DNA of 64,000 nt from Chitinophagales bacterium (GCA_046329495.1 JAXLUO010000002.1:268997-332996), one strand, 5' to 3'. Counted from the stretch's first letter, positions 19,663 to 30,101 are shown. Notes: generated by a model not told the origin, from the letters alone. Numbers and translations are program-made.

Positions 19663-20253
19663 GTGTTGCAGGAGCCGGGGGATAAGCACTACATATTATT
19701 AATGCAAATTAAGCAGGGCAGCCAAACTGCCCTTGAACAGCTTTTTCTTCAATTAAAGGACACCGTTTTTACTTTAAGCCTGAACTACCTCCGTAACCGC
19801 GAAGAAGCCGAGGAAGTAGTGCAGGATGTATTTGTTGAAGTATTTCAATCGGCTGACACGTTTAAAGGAGAGGCCAGTGTAAAAACCTGGGTTTGCCGAA
19901 TTGCTGTCAATAAATCATTAAACCTGTTAAAATACAGGGGCCGGAAAAAGCGGTTTGCATTTATTAGTTCCTTATTCGGGGAAAGCGGTGAACTACGGTT
20001 TAATCCGGCAGATTTCGACCATCCGGGCATTGCTTTAGAGAACAAGGAAAAGGCCTCCTATTTATTTTCTGCGGTAGACAAACTGCCTGAAAATCAAAAA
20101 ACTGCGTTTTTATTATTAAAAGTACAGGGGTTAAGCCAAAAGGAAGCAGCTGAGGTAATGGCTATAGGAGAAAAGGCGCTTGAATCGCTTTACCAGCGAG
20201 CCAGGGCTAACCTGAAAAAGGATTTAGAAAACATATACGATCAGCTTTTTTAA
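19663..20253 (+). CDS. ECF-type RNA polymerase sigma-70 factor
   Basis: Region 2 reads EEVVQDVFVEVF...WVCRIAVNKSLN. Region 4 HTH reads QKTAFLLLKVQGLSQKEAAEVMAIGEKALESLYQRARANLKK. The start may instead be the ATG at 19702. Confidence 0.85.
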   Translation: MLQEPGDKHYILLMQIKQGSQTALEQLFLQLKDTVFTLSLNYLRNREEAEEVVQDVFVEVFQSADTFKGEASVKTWVCRIAVNKSLNLLKYRGRKKRFAFISSLFGESGELRFNPADFDHPGIALENKEKASYLFSAVDKLPENQKTAFLLLKVQGLSQKEAAEVMAIGEKALESLYQRARANLKKDLENIYDQLF

Positions 20254-20296
20254 CCGAAGGAAAAAAAAGAGTTGGTTGTCTATAAACCATGAAGCC

Positions 20297-20581
20297 ATGA
20301 GCACACAAAAAAACAAATGGATTGAAGACGTGCTGAACAGTACGGAGCAGACGGAATTTACCGCTGATGCCCGAATATTTGAAAGCATCGCAACACGCAT
20401 AAACGGGCAGGTGCGCGCAGTTAAAAACCTGCCTGCCCAAACCGTATGGCTTGCGGCCGCTTCTTTGGCTTTGCTGCTGGCACTTAATATTGCCATAATT
20501 ACTTTTAACGGCCGTGCAGAACAGGGCAATTCTGCCGAAGGCAACGGATATTCATTAAACAACAGTTTTCAATTGTATTAA
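20297..20581 (+). CDS. small single-pass membrane protein, candidate anti-sigma factor
   Basis: In-frame ATG at 20297 (MSTQKNKW). One TM helix (VWLAAASLALLLALNIAIITF). Lies immediately after the ECF sigma gene. No conserved motif; the call rests on position only. Confidence 0.4.
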   Translation: MSTQKNKWIEDVLNSTEQTEFTADARIFESIATRINGQVRAVKNLPAQTVWLAAASLALLLALNIAIITFNGRAEQGNSAEGNGYSLNNSFQLY

Positions 20582-20583
20582 GC

Positions 20584-21072
20584 ATGAAAAAGGAAACGCT
20601 TCTTACCATTGCTGTTGTAAGCCTGCTGCTGCTTAATATCGGCACACTGGGTTATCTTGTAGTGAATCAAAATATCCGGCACCCGCATTTTCCTCCACCG
20701 GGCGGGGGTGGGCCGGCGCGTTTGCTTGTTGAAACGTTGCAGTTGAACGAGCAACAGCAAAAAGCCTTCGACGATCTTAAGTTCAGCCACCGTTCAAGTA
20801 TTAACAAATTGGATGAGCAGTACAATCAGTTATTGGTAAGCTATCTTACCCTGCTGAAACAACCGGCTATTGATACAGTTGCAAAACATGCGCTCGAAGA
20901 GCAAATGGCAGCTATACAAGTGCAAAAGGCCGACATTACCATCAAACATTTTGAGGCGGTAAAGCAGTTGTGCAACGAAGAACAGAAACGCCGCTTTGAT
21001 GAAATGATTCCTGAACTGATACAGGTACTTGCAGCCCCCAAAAACCAGCCTCCACCCCCACCCGGACCCTAA
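20584..21072 (+). CDS. periplasmic LTXXQ-motif (Spy/CpxP-like) protein
   Basis: N-terminal TM/signal segment. Two LTXXQ-like motifs (LQLNEQQQKAFDDL, LCNEEQKRRFDEM) in a helical body. Gly/Pro-rich stretch near the N-terminus and a C-terminal QPPPPPGP. Confidence 0.55.
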   Translation: MKKETLLTIAVVSLLLLNIGTLGYLVVNQNIRHPHFPPPGGGGPARLLVETLQLNEQQQKAFDDLKFSHRSSINKLDEQYNQLLVSYLTLLKQPAIDTVAKHALEEQMAAIQVQKADITIKHFEAVKQLCNEEQKRRFDEMIPELIQVLAAPKNQPPPPPGP

Positions 21073-21161
21073 ACCCCGGCATTCACATATTTTTTTCCTT
21101 AACAGGTGCTCGGATAGTTAATTCACTTATATTTAAGTGACCCTAACCCAACCCCTGTCCT

Positions 21162-24100
21162 ATGAAACACGTATACCTCCTGAGGTTTGCTCTGCTGTTG
21201 CCATTGCTTAACATCTGTATTTCCGGCACTGCAGCAACGCATGCATTAAACAACTTATTTTTTGACAATCGCGGTCAGGTCTCTACCCCCGAAAATCAAC
21301 CGGTAACCAATGTGCTCTGCTACGCACAAACAGATGGCATGGGGTTGTACATTACTTCAACCGGTTATAGTATCGTTACCCGCTGCAATGAGAACAACGG
21401 CACCCGTTACAACCGAGTTGATTTTACGTTTGCTAATATGCATTTGCAGAAGGAGCAGGTAATTTTTACAGCCGGCGATTTCCCTTCGCTTAACTTCTAT
21501 AACGGCGATTTGAAGATAGAAGCCATAAAAACATCTGACAGGATACTTATCCGGAATGTTTATCCCGGCATTGATTGGGTTTGGAGATTTGATGCAAGCG
21601 GAAAACCCAAGCACGAATTTGCCGTTAACTACGGTGCCGATGCCTCGCAAATAAAGTATACCGTAACAGGTGCCGATGCCTTGCAAAAAGAGAACTACCT
21701 GGAATATGGCAATCAATATCTGCGGATAAAAGAAGGCCCGGTAACCTTACAGCAGTTAAATGATGATTATACCGATGCACTGCTTGTGCAGGGCAATAGT
21801 ATTAGCTATAAAATACCGGAAAAGTTAAAAGAAGGAGGCTACACCATCGACCCTCCGCTGGAGTTGATCTGGAGCCATGGAATTGATACTTTAAAAACCA
21901 CTTTTCGTCGCATCGTTAAGGACAGCATCTACCGTACTATAAGCACAGGTTTTTCTGCTGATTACAACTTACCGGCCTTTCCACAGTTATCGGGTTCTTA
22001 TGTGTCGGCTACCCGGGTAAACCGCGATGTAGTGATTATGAAAACGGATTACCGGCAGAACCTGATTTGGTGCACATTTTTTGGCGGCGCTAATAACGAC
22101 GAAGGGAACAGCATAACCACAACACCGGATGGTTTATTTATTACGGGCTATTCGGAAAGCTGGAACTTTCCAATTTCAACAGCAGGGAATTATACGCAAC
22201 TGGTTTCATTAAACGGCCGGGATGCCTTCATTGCCAAATTTGATAATGAAGGCCGCTGGAAATGGAGCACAGGTTACGGCGGAATTGGCTTGGAAGAGGG
22301 AATGGATATAAAATATCTGAATGGTAAGGTGTATGTGGCCGGTTATACAAGCTCGGATAATTTCCCTGTTCTAACTAAGGCCGGTGCCTATAACAAGACA
22401 GCCCCGCTCACAGCTAACTACGATGGTTTTTTGCTGGAGTTTGACACCGCCTGTTATCGCCAATGGGGTACCTGTTTTGGCAGCAGCGGTGACGATTATT
22501 TTTCTGCGCTTTATGTAGATGTAACCGGCATTTATACAACAGGATTTTCATCTGCTGCTGATACAGCAAACATTCCTCTTCTTCCCTTAGCGGGCGCATA
22601 TTACCAACCAACACACCAAAAAAGAGAGGTGATACTGCAAAAGTTTAACCTGAATGATACATTGGAATGGAGTACCTATTTTGGCGCTGAGGAATCGGAT
22701 ATCGCGGCTTCGATAAAGCGTAATGAACATGGCTTATTTATCTGCGGCAAAACAAACTCTGCCGACTTACCGGTTCAGGATCAGCTAAACGGTAATTACT
22801 TTCAAGATATTAATAATGGTGGTTACGATGGCTTTGTTGCCCGCTTTGACCCCGTAACGCTGCAGAAAAAGTATTGTACCTATTACGGTACCGGAGGCGA
22901 TGACGGGCTAAGCGATCTTTCCTACGACGATTTGGATAACACCGTGTTTACAGGCTATACCAATAGTACCGTTCCCGTTGTTAACTATCTAAGCGAATAC
23001 TTCCATCAGGATGTATCAGCCGGTGGATATGACGGCATCGTTCTTGGCTTTGATACACTGCAACGTTTACATTGGGCCACCAACTTTGGCACCGATGGAA
23101 ACGACTGGGGGCATGGGGTGCTCTGCATACTGCCTTGCATTACTGATGTTGTTGGCGAGGGTTTATATAATTACGGACAAGAACGCATTGGAGGCACTTA
23201 CCTCTCCAGCGGTTGTTCTGGCTATCTCTGCACCAAATTTTCCAGTAACGGTGTATCTAACCGTTTCCTGAATCAAAGTTGTGTGTTGACAGGCGGAAAT
23301 TTTCCCGGTACCGGTGGAAACCTTTGTCCTTATTACCTGAACTTTCAGGCATTGATACCACTTAAGAATACATGCCCCGATCAGTGCAATGGCAAAGCCA
23401 TGATTGATACGTCGAATATAGGAGGATGTCCTCCTTACCAGATTAACTGGAGTAATGGCGATAGTGGCCTTGGAGATAGTGCCTTATGCGAAAATTATTG
23501 GTCGGAGGTACAAGATGCAGCCGGGCAAAGCCGAAAAATTTACGGACGTTTCAACGTGCTGCGTGTAAGTTCGCCGCCTAATGTATATACCACCTGCGAA
23601 GACACGGCAGATTGGAAGCAATACATACACATTGAAGGGGGCGGCCCTCCTTATATATTGGAGTTCCGCGGCACCAGCAACAACGATTGTCCGACTACGG
23701 CCTTCTTTGCTATCTATGACACAGCAGGTTGCGTGGTTAGTCACTCCATGCAATGGTTCAGGCAAAACAGGGGGATACACGGTTACTTCAATATGCAGCA
23801 AGCTTGCCAGTTATGGATTTCTGCTGATTTATATAGCGGGCAGTGCATCAATTTAAGCAACTCCGCCACATGGAATTACATCATAATTTCAGGAGAGGAT
23901 ACGGTTCGCAAACCGTTTGTAAACACCACCCAAGGTGTATTTGCATTACAACCTGAAATAGGGAAGAAATACTACGGTTACCTCGATATGGGCGATTGCA
24001 TTTCGTTCCTTGATTCTTTCCTGCTGTTCGATAGCATACGATATCAGGTTCAATATACGAGAGCCTGCCATGCCAATGATGGCGGTATGACTATTACCGT

Positions 24101-27100
24101 AGCCGCTGATAGTGCTTTGCTACAACAATCACTATACTACACGCTATTAGTGGAAGCCTACGATTCTATTAACCAAAATTATTATCAGCAAACCATCTTC
24201 TATAACTCTCCGCAGCCTGGCTTCGCCTCCTTTAGTAATCTGCCGCCTTCCGTATATCACCTTAACCTGCATCATGGCAGTTGCGACAGTACAAGAATTC
24301 GTATTGACCTTCGTTCGTTTACCTATGATGTAAACCAACCTGAAATTTATTGCAACCACCCCGATTCGCTCATCACCACCCTAACTTTTGGAACTCCTCC
24401 GCTTACTTACGAATGGCAAGCTACGTTACTTGACACCAGTATTTATGAATTGGGCATTGGGCTTAGTACAATTGTTATTGACCGCCCGGGCACCTATTAC
24501 CTAACCATTAGCGATACTAACAATTGCCAAAAAACCGATGTACTGGAGATTGACGGTTCTTATAAAGTACATATCGACTCCGTGCAGGAAAATATTTACC
24601 CATGTAATGGAATGGATAATGCTACAAGTGCAGCTGTTTACTTTTCGCAGGGCAATGCACCTTACAATTATTTATGGAGCAGTGGTGAACAAGGCTTTAT
24701 GGCCGGCAACATTGTTGACAGTATTGGCTGGGTAATAGTTACAGATAGGGATAACTGTCGCGATTCGATGTCCTTTATAAACACAAAGAAGCCGGAGATG
24801 GTTATTACCGATTCTATAACCGATAGCCGATGCTTTAACACAAACGATGGAGCCATCAGTCTGCTTATTACCGAAGGGTACGCGCCTTATTATGTGCAAT
24901 GGTCGGATGGTTATATAGATGCTGAACGAACTTACCTTGCTGAAGGGGCCTATTTATATACCGTTACAGATGACCGGGGCTGTATTGCCCAAGGCAGTGC
25001 AATTGTGCATGCTCCCGATTCAATTGTTGTAACCTATACTACCACTGCAGCACATTGTATTGGCAGCGATGGTGGGGCAACAGTTACAGCAAACGGAGGA
25101 ACCGGTTTTCTGAGCATTTACTGGCAAGACGGATCAGTGGATTTTAATCGCAGCGACTTGCCTGCCGGTTCAAATTCCTTTGCTGTAGTAGACCAAAATG
25201 GTTGTCAGGTAGATGTCTTTATCAATATTGATACCATAAACAATTTGGCGGTAAGTATAACCAAACAGGATATTACCTGCTTTGGAACTAATGATGGCAG
25301 TTTAACGGCAACTGCAACCGGTGGCCAGGGTACCGTCAATTATGCCTGGAGCAGCGGCGATTTTGGTTATACTATTCCTAATGCCCCTGCAGGATTTTAT
25401 GAAGTTACCGCCACCGACAACACCGGTTGTTCCGCTACGGATACTGCGAGCATTTGGGATCCGGAAGAACTTAATTTTACTGTTGATACAAATGGGGGGC
25501 TGTTCTGCCATGACGATAATGCTTATATAACCTTTTATCCGTACGGAGGAACGCCACCGTATTATAATGCCGGTTATACCTATCTGCCGGCAGGCGATAA
25601 TGTATGGACCATTACCGATGATCATGGTTGTACTGCTACCCAAAACATCTCACTTTCAAACCCGGAGCCTCTGGAGTTCACTGCCTATGTATTCCGCCAG
25701 CCCGATTGTAATAATCCAGATGGGGTTATTACCGCTATAGCCTCGGGGGGCAGAACCGATTATGCGCTATATTTAGATAACAACTTCCAGGGTTATTTTA
25801 ATGACTCTCTGCAAATTAATGCATCTCCGGGTCCACATGATCTTGAGATATGGGACAATCACGATTACGGGTGTTATGCCTATGTACATGTGGATGTAGA
25901 TACAACAGGTGGAACTAACGGTTATGCCGTAACCCACAACCCAACCTGCCAGGGCCTTAGCAATGGCAGTATTCAACTGGTTATGACAGGAGGTATTCCG
26001 CCTTTTGAAGTAAACGGCAATTACTTTGCTTCCTCTTATACCTACAATAATTTGCCACAAGGCAGTTACACCTATACAGTTTACGATGCTGCAGGCTGCC
26101 AACATACCTTTACGCAAACCCTAACGCAACCGTCCACTTTAACAGCGGCGATTGATACAGGTTTGGGCATACCGTGCGGAGGCACCCAAATAAATGTGCA
26201 CATAACAGCAGCGGGCGGCACCCCACCTTATACCGGCGACGGCTACTTATTACAAGGTGCAGGTCCGTACAATATGGCTGTATCCGACAGTAATAACTGC
26301 GTGGTCCAACTCAATTATACCCTTTCAGAACCCACACCATTGGTAAGTACGCTTAGTCTGGTAGCTCAACCAAGTTGCATTACACCCTATGGTGCCGTGC
26401 ATATAAACACAACAGGAGGACATCCACCTTATAATAGCGGCTTTGCGGTTTATCCGTTGTATACCGATAGTATAACAATTGGAGGACTTCAGGCCGGCAA
26501 CCAACAGATCATTGTTACCGATTCAACTGGTTGCATCTGGGATGGAAACATGTATATTAATACTTATGAACTGTTGCAACTTCACCTAACGAATCATAAT
26601 CCTGAGTGCCATGCAATATCTTCGGGTAGTGTAACGGTTGACATTGATCACGGCACCTCTCCTTTTAGCCTCAACGGAGCTACATTTATTAGTACTTATA
26701 CGATCAGCAATCTCGATTCGGGAAGTTATACCTATACCATAACCGATTCAGCCGGTTGTCCGCAAACTATTCAATTCAGCCTGGATGATCCATCGCCTGT
26801 TGTTGCCGCCTACAATATCACGGAGCCTATCCATTGCACGGGCGATCAGGCAACCATTGCATTTACGGCAAGTGGAGGCACACCACCTTATCAAGGATTA
26901 GGCACCTTTACGTATGGGGCAGGGTTTCACCAATATACCCTGATGGACAGCCTGGGTTGCACGGCTCAGGTATCATTCAACCTAACTAATCCCGCTCCGT
27001 TTAGCATTGATACAGATGCTACACAACCTACATGCACCAACCCGAAAGGCACATTAACGCTCCTTCCGTCAGGTGGACAAAGCCCATATTATGTGCAAAC

Positions 27101-28475
27101 TAATAATGGCACCCTCAGCTTTAATTCTACCGCTACACTCGATCTTGCGCCGGGCATTTACAATATTGCAGTACGCGATACACTGGGCTGCGTAGTGAAT
27201 ACTTCGGTGAATATGCAGCAACCTGCTCAGGTTTTCGCTACAGCACAAGCCACGGACCTGAGTTGCTACCAAAATCATACAGGCGTTATTACCATAAATG
27301 TGCAGGACGGTGAAGCGCCGTTTACTATAAACAATGTTCAGTTTACAGGCAGCACCAGCTTTAATAACCTTAACGCGGGCACTTACACTTATTTAATTAC
27401 TGATGCAAAAGGATGCACCAAAACAGTTACAGCTACGGTTAACCAACCTTTGCCGCTTATCATAGATTCAGTGCATCTGGCAGCATTAATTAGCTGTAGC
27501 CAAACCAACGACGCAGCAATTGAAATATTTGCAGAAGGCGGAAACATTCCATACACCTATGGTATTAACGGGCCCGTATCAAGCACCCAGCAATCATCCT
27601 ACTTCAATAATCTTAGCGCCGGAACCTATACAGCCTCAATCGTTGACAATAAAGGTTGTTCGGCGGTAACCGGGTTTGAGGTGCCTGCGTTTGAACCGCG
27701 CACCTTTGATGTGCAGGTGGATACGGTAACCTGCCATGGCGGAACCAATGGTGCAATACGTATATATCCGCATCCGCCCGACGCCAACCAGTTTATGTTT
27801 AGCATAAACGGAGGGCCTCCGCAGGTATATAATGTGTTCTATGACCTTTCAGCAGGCTCTTACGCCATCCTTATCACCGATAACCACAATTGTCAATACA
27901 ATGTGCAGGCCAATGTTAGTGAACCGGATAGCTTTGATGCACGCGTATGGCTGAATGGCGATTTGTTGCCGCAGGATTCAACCCTGTTGGATGAACGACA
28001 ATACGCCGATTTTGTAAAAGTAAGCACACACCCCTGGGAGGTAAGTTTCTCGCCTACACAATCTGTGTTAATCAATTCTGACACACTGGTTGAAATTCAA
28101 CCCCGTGAAACAATTACGTATAGCGTAGTGGTTTATAAAGACTCAGCCGATCATGATTGCTATGTTGCTTACAAAGGTGTGATTGCCGTGCACCCCATTG
28201 CCGCTATCCCAAACCTTGTAACACCGAATGGCGATGGGTTTAATGACCGCTGGGAGATTGACCTCGATAAATTCCCGAATGCCGTAGTAACCATCTTCGA
28301 CAGATGGGGCGAGATTGTGTTCGAGTCGCAAAATTATGCCAACGACTGGGCAGGCACGTTTAAAAACACCGGCCGCAAGGTGGCGGATGGTACCTACTTC
28401 TACATTATGAAGGTGCCTTCGCAAGGAAACAAGGTCTACAAAGGAGACATCAACATTCTTAACTCAACCAACTAA
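21162..28475 (+). CDS. giant surface protein: N-terminal SBBP beta-propeller repeats, Cys-rich middle, SprB-like repeats, T9SS type B C-terminal domain
   Basis: Signal peptide is MKHVYLLRFALLLPLLNICISG. At least five repeats resemble FGG..nDeG..I....dG.fITGyt.S.nFP (about 22050-23150). SprB-like units (C.G..dGai....GG..PY) run from about 24800 to 27900. The C-terminus reads IPNLVTPNGDGFNDRWEID...IFDRWGEIVFES...DGTYFYIMKV. Confidence 0.85.
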   Translation: MKHVYLLRFALLLPLLNICISGTAATHALNNLFFDNRGQVSTPENQPVTNVLCYAQTDGMGLYITSTGYSIVTRCNENNGTRYNRVDFTFANMHLQKEQVIFTAGDFPSLNFYNGDLKIEAIKTSDRILIRNVYPGIDWVWRFDASGKPKHEFAVNYGADASQIKYTVTGADALQKENYLEYGNQYLRIKEGPVTLQQLNDDYTDALLVQGNSISYKIPEKLKEGGYTIDPPLELIWSHGIDTLKTTFRRIVKDSIYRTISTGFSADYNLPAFPQLSGSYVSATRVNRDVVIMKTDYRQNLIWCTFFGGANNDEGNSITTTPDGLFITGYSESWNFPISTAGNYTQLVSLNGRDAFIAKFDNEGRWKWSTGYGGIGLEEGMDIKYLNGKVYVAGYTSSDNFPVLTKAGAYNKTAPLTANYDGFLLEFDTACYRQWGTCFGSSGDDYFSALYVDVTGIYTTGFSSAADTANIPLLPLAGAYYQPTHQKREVILQKFNLNDTLEWSTYFGAEESDIAASIKRNEHGLFICGKTNSADLPVQDQLNGNYFQDINNGGYDGFVARFDPVTLQKKYCTYYGTGGDDGLSDLSYDDLDNTVFTGYTNSTVPVVNYLSEYFHQDVSAGGYDGIVLGFDTLQRLHWATNFGTDGNDWGHGVLCILPCITDVVGEGLYNYGQERIGGTYLSSGCSGYLCTKFSSNGVSNRFLNQSCVLTGGNFPGTGGNLCPYYLNFQALIPLKNTCPDQCNGKAMIDTSNIGGCPPYQINWSNGDSGLGDSALCENYWSEVQDAAGQSRKIYGRFNVLRVSSPPNVYTTCEDTADWKQYIHIEGGGPPYILEFRGTSNNDCPTTAFFAIYDTAGCVVSHSMQWFRQNRGIHGYFNMQQACQLWISADLYSGQCINLSNSATWNYIIISGEDTVRKPFVNTTQGVFALQPEIGKKYYGYLDMGDCISFLDSFLLFDSIRYQVQYTRACHANDGGMTITVAADSALLQQSLYYTLLVEAYDSINQNYYQQTIFYNSPQPGFASFSNLPPSVYHLNLHHGSCDSTRIRIDLRSFTYDVNQPEIYCNHPDSLITTLTFGTPPLTYEWQATLLDTSIYELGIGLSTIVIDRPGTYYLTISDTNNCQKTDVLEIDGSYKVHIDSVQENIYPCNGMDNATSAAVYFSQGNAPYNYLWSSGEQGFMAGNIVDSIGWVIVTDRDNCRDSMSFINTKKPEMVITDSITDSRCFNTNDGAISLLITEGYAPYYVQWSDGYIDAERTYLAEGAYLYTVTDDRGCIAQGSAIVHAPDSIVVTYTTTAAHCIGSDGGATVTANGGTGFLSIYWQDGSVDFNRSDLPAGSNSFAVVDQNGCQVDVFINIDTINNLAVSITKQDITCFGTNDGSLTATATGGQGTVNYAWSSGDFGYTIPNAPAGFYEVTATDNTGCSATDTASIWDPEELNFTVDTNGGLFCHDDNAYITFYPYGGTPPYYNAGYTYLPAGDNVWTITDDHGCTATQNISLSNPEPLEFTAYVFRQPDCNNPDGVITAIASGGRTDYALYLDNNFQGYFNDSLQINASPGPHDLEIWDNHDYGCYAYVHVDVDTTGGTNGYAVTHNPTCQGLSNGSIQLVMTGGIPPFEVNGNYFASSYTYNNLPQGSYTYTVYDAAGCQHTFTQTLTQPSTLTAAIDTGLGIPCGGTQINVHITAAGGTPPYTGDGYLLQGAGPYNMAVSDSNNCVVQLNYTLSEPTPLVSTLSLVAQPSCITPYGAVHINTTGGHPPYNSGFAVYPLYTDSITIGGLQAGNQQIIVTDSTGCIWDGNMYINTYELLQLHLTNHNPECHAISSGSVTVDIDHGTSPFSLNGATFISTYTISNLDSGSYTYTITDSAGCPQTIQFSLDDPSPVVAAYNITEPIHCTGDQATIAFTASGGTPPYQGLGTFTYGAGFHQYTLMDSLGCTAQVSFNLTNPAPFSIDTDATQPTCTNPKGTLTLLPSGGQSPYYVQTNNGTLSFNSTATLDLAPGIYNIAVRDTLGCVVNTSVNMQQPAQVFATAQATDLSCYQNHTGVITINVQDGEAPFTINNVQFTGSTSFNNLNAGTYTYLITDAKGCTKTVTATVNQPLPLIIDSVHLAALISCSQTNDAAIEIFAEGGNIPYTYGINGPVSSTQQSSYFNNLSAGTYTASIVDNKGCSAVTGFEVPAFEPRTFDVQVDTVTCHGGTNGAIRIYPHPPDANQFMFSINGGPPQVYNVFYDLSAGSYAILITDNHNCQYNVQANVSEPDSFDARVWLNGDLLPQDSTLLDERQYADFVKVSTHPWEVSFSPTQSVLINSDTLVEIQPRETITYSVVVYKDSADHDCYVAYKGVIAVHPIAAIPNLVTPNGDGFNDRWEIDLDKFPNAVVTIFDRWGEIVFESQNYANDWAGTFKNTGRKVADGTYFYIMKVPSQGNKVYKGDINILNSTN

Positions 28476-28485
28476 ACGGAGCAAC

Positions 28486-30030
28486 ATGAAAAACATTCAA
28501 ACTTCGATTTCGGTTTTAAAACCTTTGCAGTTGGTTGGCAGCATGTTCTGCTTGCTGGTACTGCTCAGCGTTTCTTACAGCGCCTCAGCACAACAAACAC
28601 CTTTGTTCAGTGCTTACCACTTTAACCGCTTTCTCATCAATCCCGGTTTTACCGGTATTGATAATGAATACCGCGGCTTTGGTTTTTACCGCACGCAATG
28701 GGTGAATATGCCGGGGCAACCCATTACAGGTGGTGCTACTGTTGAAGGTTCGTTCTGGAAGGATCGTATTGGTGCGGGCATATTCGTGTTGAATGATAAG
28801 ATCGGCATTTTTAATAGAACCAACGTTGCGGCATCCTATGCACAAAAAATAAAGTTTGCCAAGGATCATCAAATAGCCATTGGTGTGCAGGGCGGCGCCT
28901 TTATCAATCAAATTAACTTTGGTGCTGCCAACGCCAAGGATTACAACGATCCTACAATAGCACTCTCTAAACCAACCAAAATAGTATTCGATTTAAACAT
29001 TGGGCTTAGTTATAAGTGGAAAGGTTTACTGGTAGGTTTTGCCGTGCCACATGTGTTACAACCCGATGCAAAATACCCCGCTAATGGAAATGATGCACGC
29101 TACCAGTATGTGCGTCAGTATAATGCCTTTGCGCAATATCGTATTAGCTTACTGAAAGGTAACTTTAATATTACGCCAACGGTAATGATGCGGAAAGCTG
29201 CCGCCAGCGGCTATCAATTCGACGGAACCTTATTGCTGGACTACAAGAACCTGGCCTTTATAGGTGCCGGATACCGTAACTCGTTTGGTGTAATTGCTAT
29301 GGCGGGGGTTAACATTCTAAACATGTTTACCGTGGCGTATGCGTTTGATTACACTACACAACGAGTATTAAACGGACAAGTAGGCGCTACACATGAAATA
29401 ACTGCAGGCTTCCATATCCCAAGCGATTTTAAACGCAAGAAGAAAGAGGATACGCAAGATTTGGTAAATGCCCAATTAGCAGAAGACCTTTCGCGCCGGA
29501 ACGATACCTTGTTAGTTAAACTGCGTATGGCTAATGCAAAAGCAGAAACTGCGAAAAAGGAACTGGCGGCTACTAATAAAGAAAACGACAGTCTTCGCCG
29601 CGAGGTTCAAACACTGCAGCAAATTGCAGGTGGTTTATTCCCTGACAATCGCCCTATAGACAACATGAGTAGCCTTGAATTAAACGAAAAGGTTTACAGC
29701 TTGGATAAGATTTACTTTGCGCCTAATGAATTTGTACTGTTGCCCGAAAGCCGCGAACAGCTGGATTCGCTTACTAACTTCTTAGCTCGATTCCCGGCCA
29801 CCGAGATCAGTATAAGTGGCTATACGGATAATACAGGTGGCGATGAATTAAACCTGAAACTAAGCGAGAGCCGTGCTAAATCAGTTGCTGAATACCTTAT
29901 TAGCAAAGGTATCGCTAAAAACAGATTGAGCTATAAGGGCTTCGGAAGCGCCAACCCGCGTGCAAGCAACAGCACACAAAAAGGCCGTCGTTTAAACCGT
30001 AGGGTAGAATTTACTATTACTAAAGAGTAG
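28486..30030 (+). CDS. PorP/SprF-family T9SS outer-membrane protein fused to a coiled-coil linker and OmpA-like peptidoglycan-binding domain
   Basis: N-terminus QQTPLFSAYHFNRFLINPGFTG... is typical of PorP/SprF. A heptad-like Lys/Glu/Ala linker follows (about 29440-29640). The C-terminal OmpA_C pattern reads ISISGYTDNTGGDELNLKLSESRAKSV..YL...G......GFGSANP......GRRLNRRVEF. The gene starts 11 nt after the giant gene. Confidence 0.85.
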   Translation: MKNIQTSISVLKPLQLVGSMFCLLVLLSVSYSASAQQTPLFSAYHFNRFLINPGFTGIDNEYRGFGFYRTQWVNMPGQPITGGATVEGSFWKDRIGAGIFVLNDKIGIFNRTNVAASYAQKIKFAKDHQIAIGVQGGAFINQINFGAANAKDYNDPTIALSKPTKIVFDLNIGLSYKWKGLLVGFAVPHVLQPDAKYPANGNDARYQYVRQYNAFAQYRISLLKGNFNITPTVMMRKAAASGYQFDGTLLLDYKNLAFIGAGYRNSFGVIAMAGVNILNMFTVAYAFDYTTQRVLNGQVGATHEITAGFHIPSDFKRKKKEDTQDLVNAQLAEDLSRRNDTLLVKLRMANAKAETAKKELAATNKENDSLRREVQTLQQIAGGLFPDNRPIDNMSSLELNEKVYSLDKIYFAPNEFVLLPESREQLDSLTNFLARFPATEISISGYTDNTGGDELNLKLSESRAKSVAEYLISKGIAKNRLSYKGFGSANPRASNSTQKGRRLNRRVEFTITKE

Positions 30031-30050
30031 TTATGCTTAAAGCTATAACA

Positions 30051-30084
30051 AAAAAGGGAGCGCTGTAACAGTGCTCCCTTTTTT
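30051..30084. terminator. bidirectional rho-independent terminator between convergent genes
   Basis: aaaaa-gggagcgc-tgtaaca-gtgctccc-tttttt: an 8-bp stem (one G-U pair) flanked by an A-run and a T-run, so it can function on both strands. Confidence 0.7.
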
Positions 30085-30101
30085 GTTAGGCAAGACCCGG
30101 A

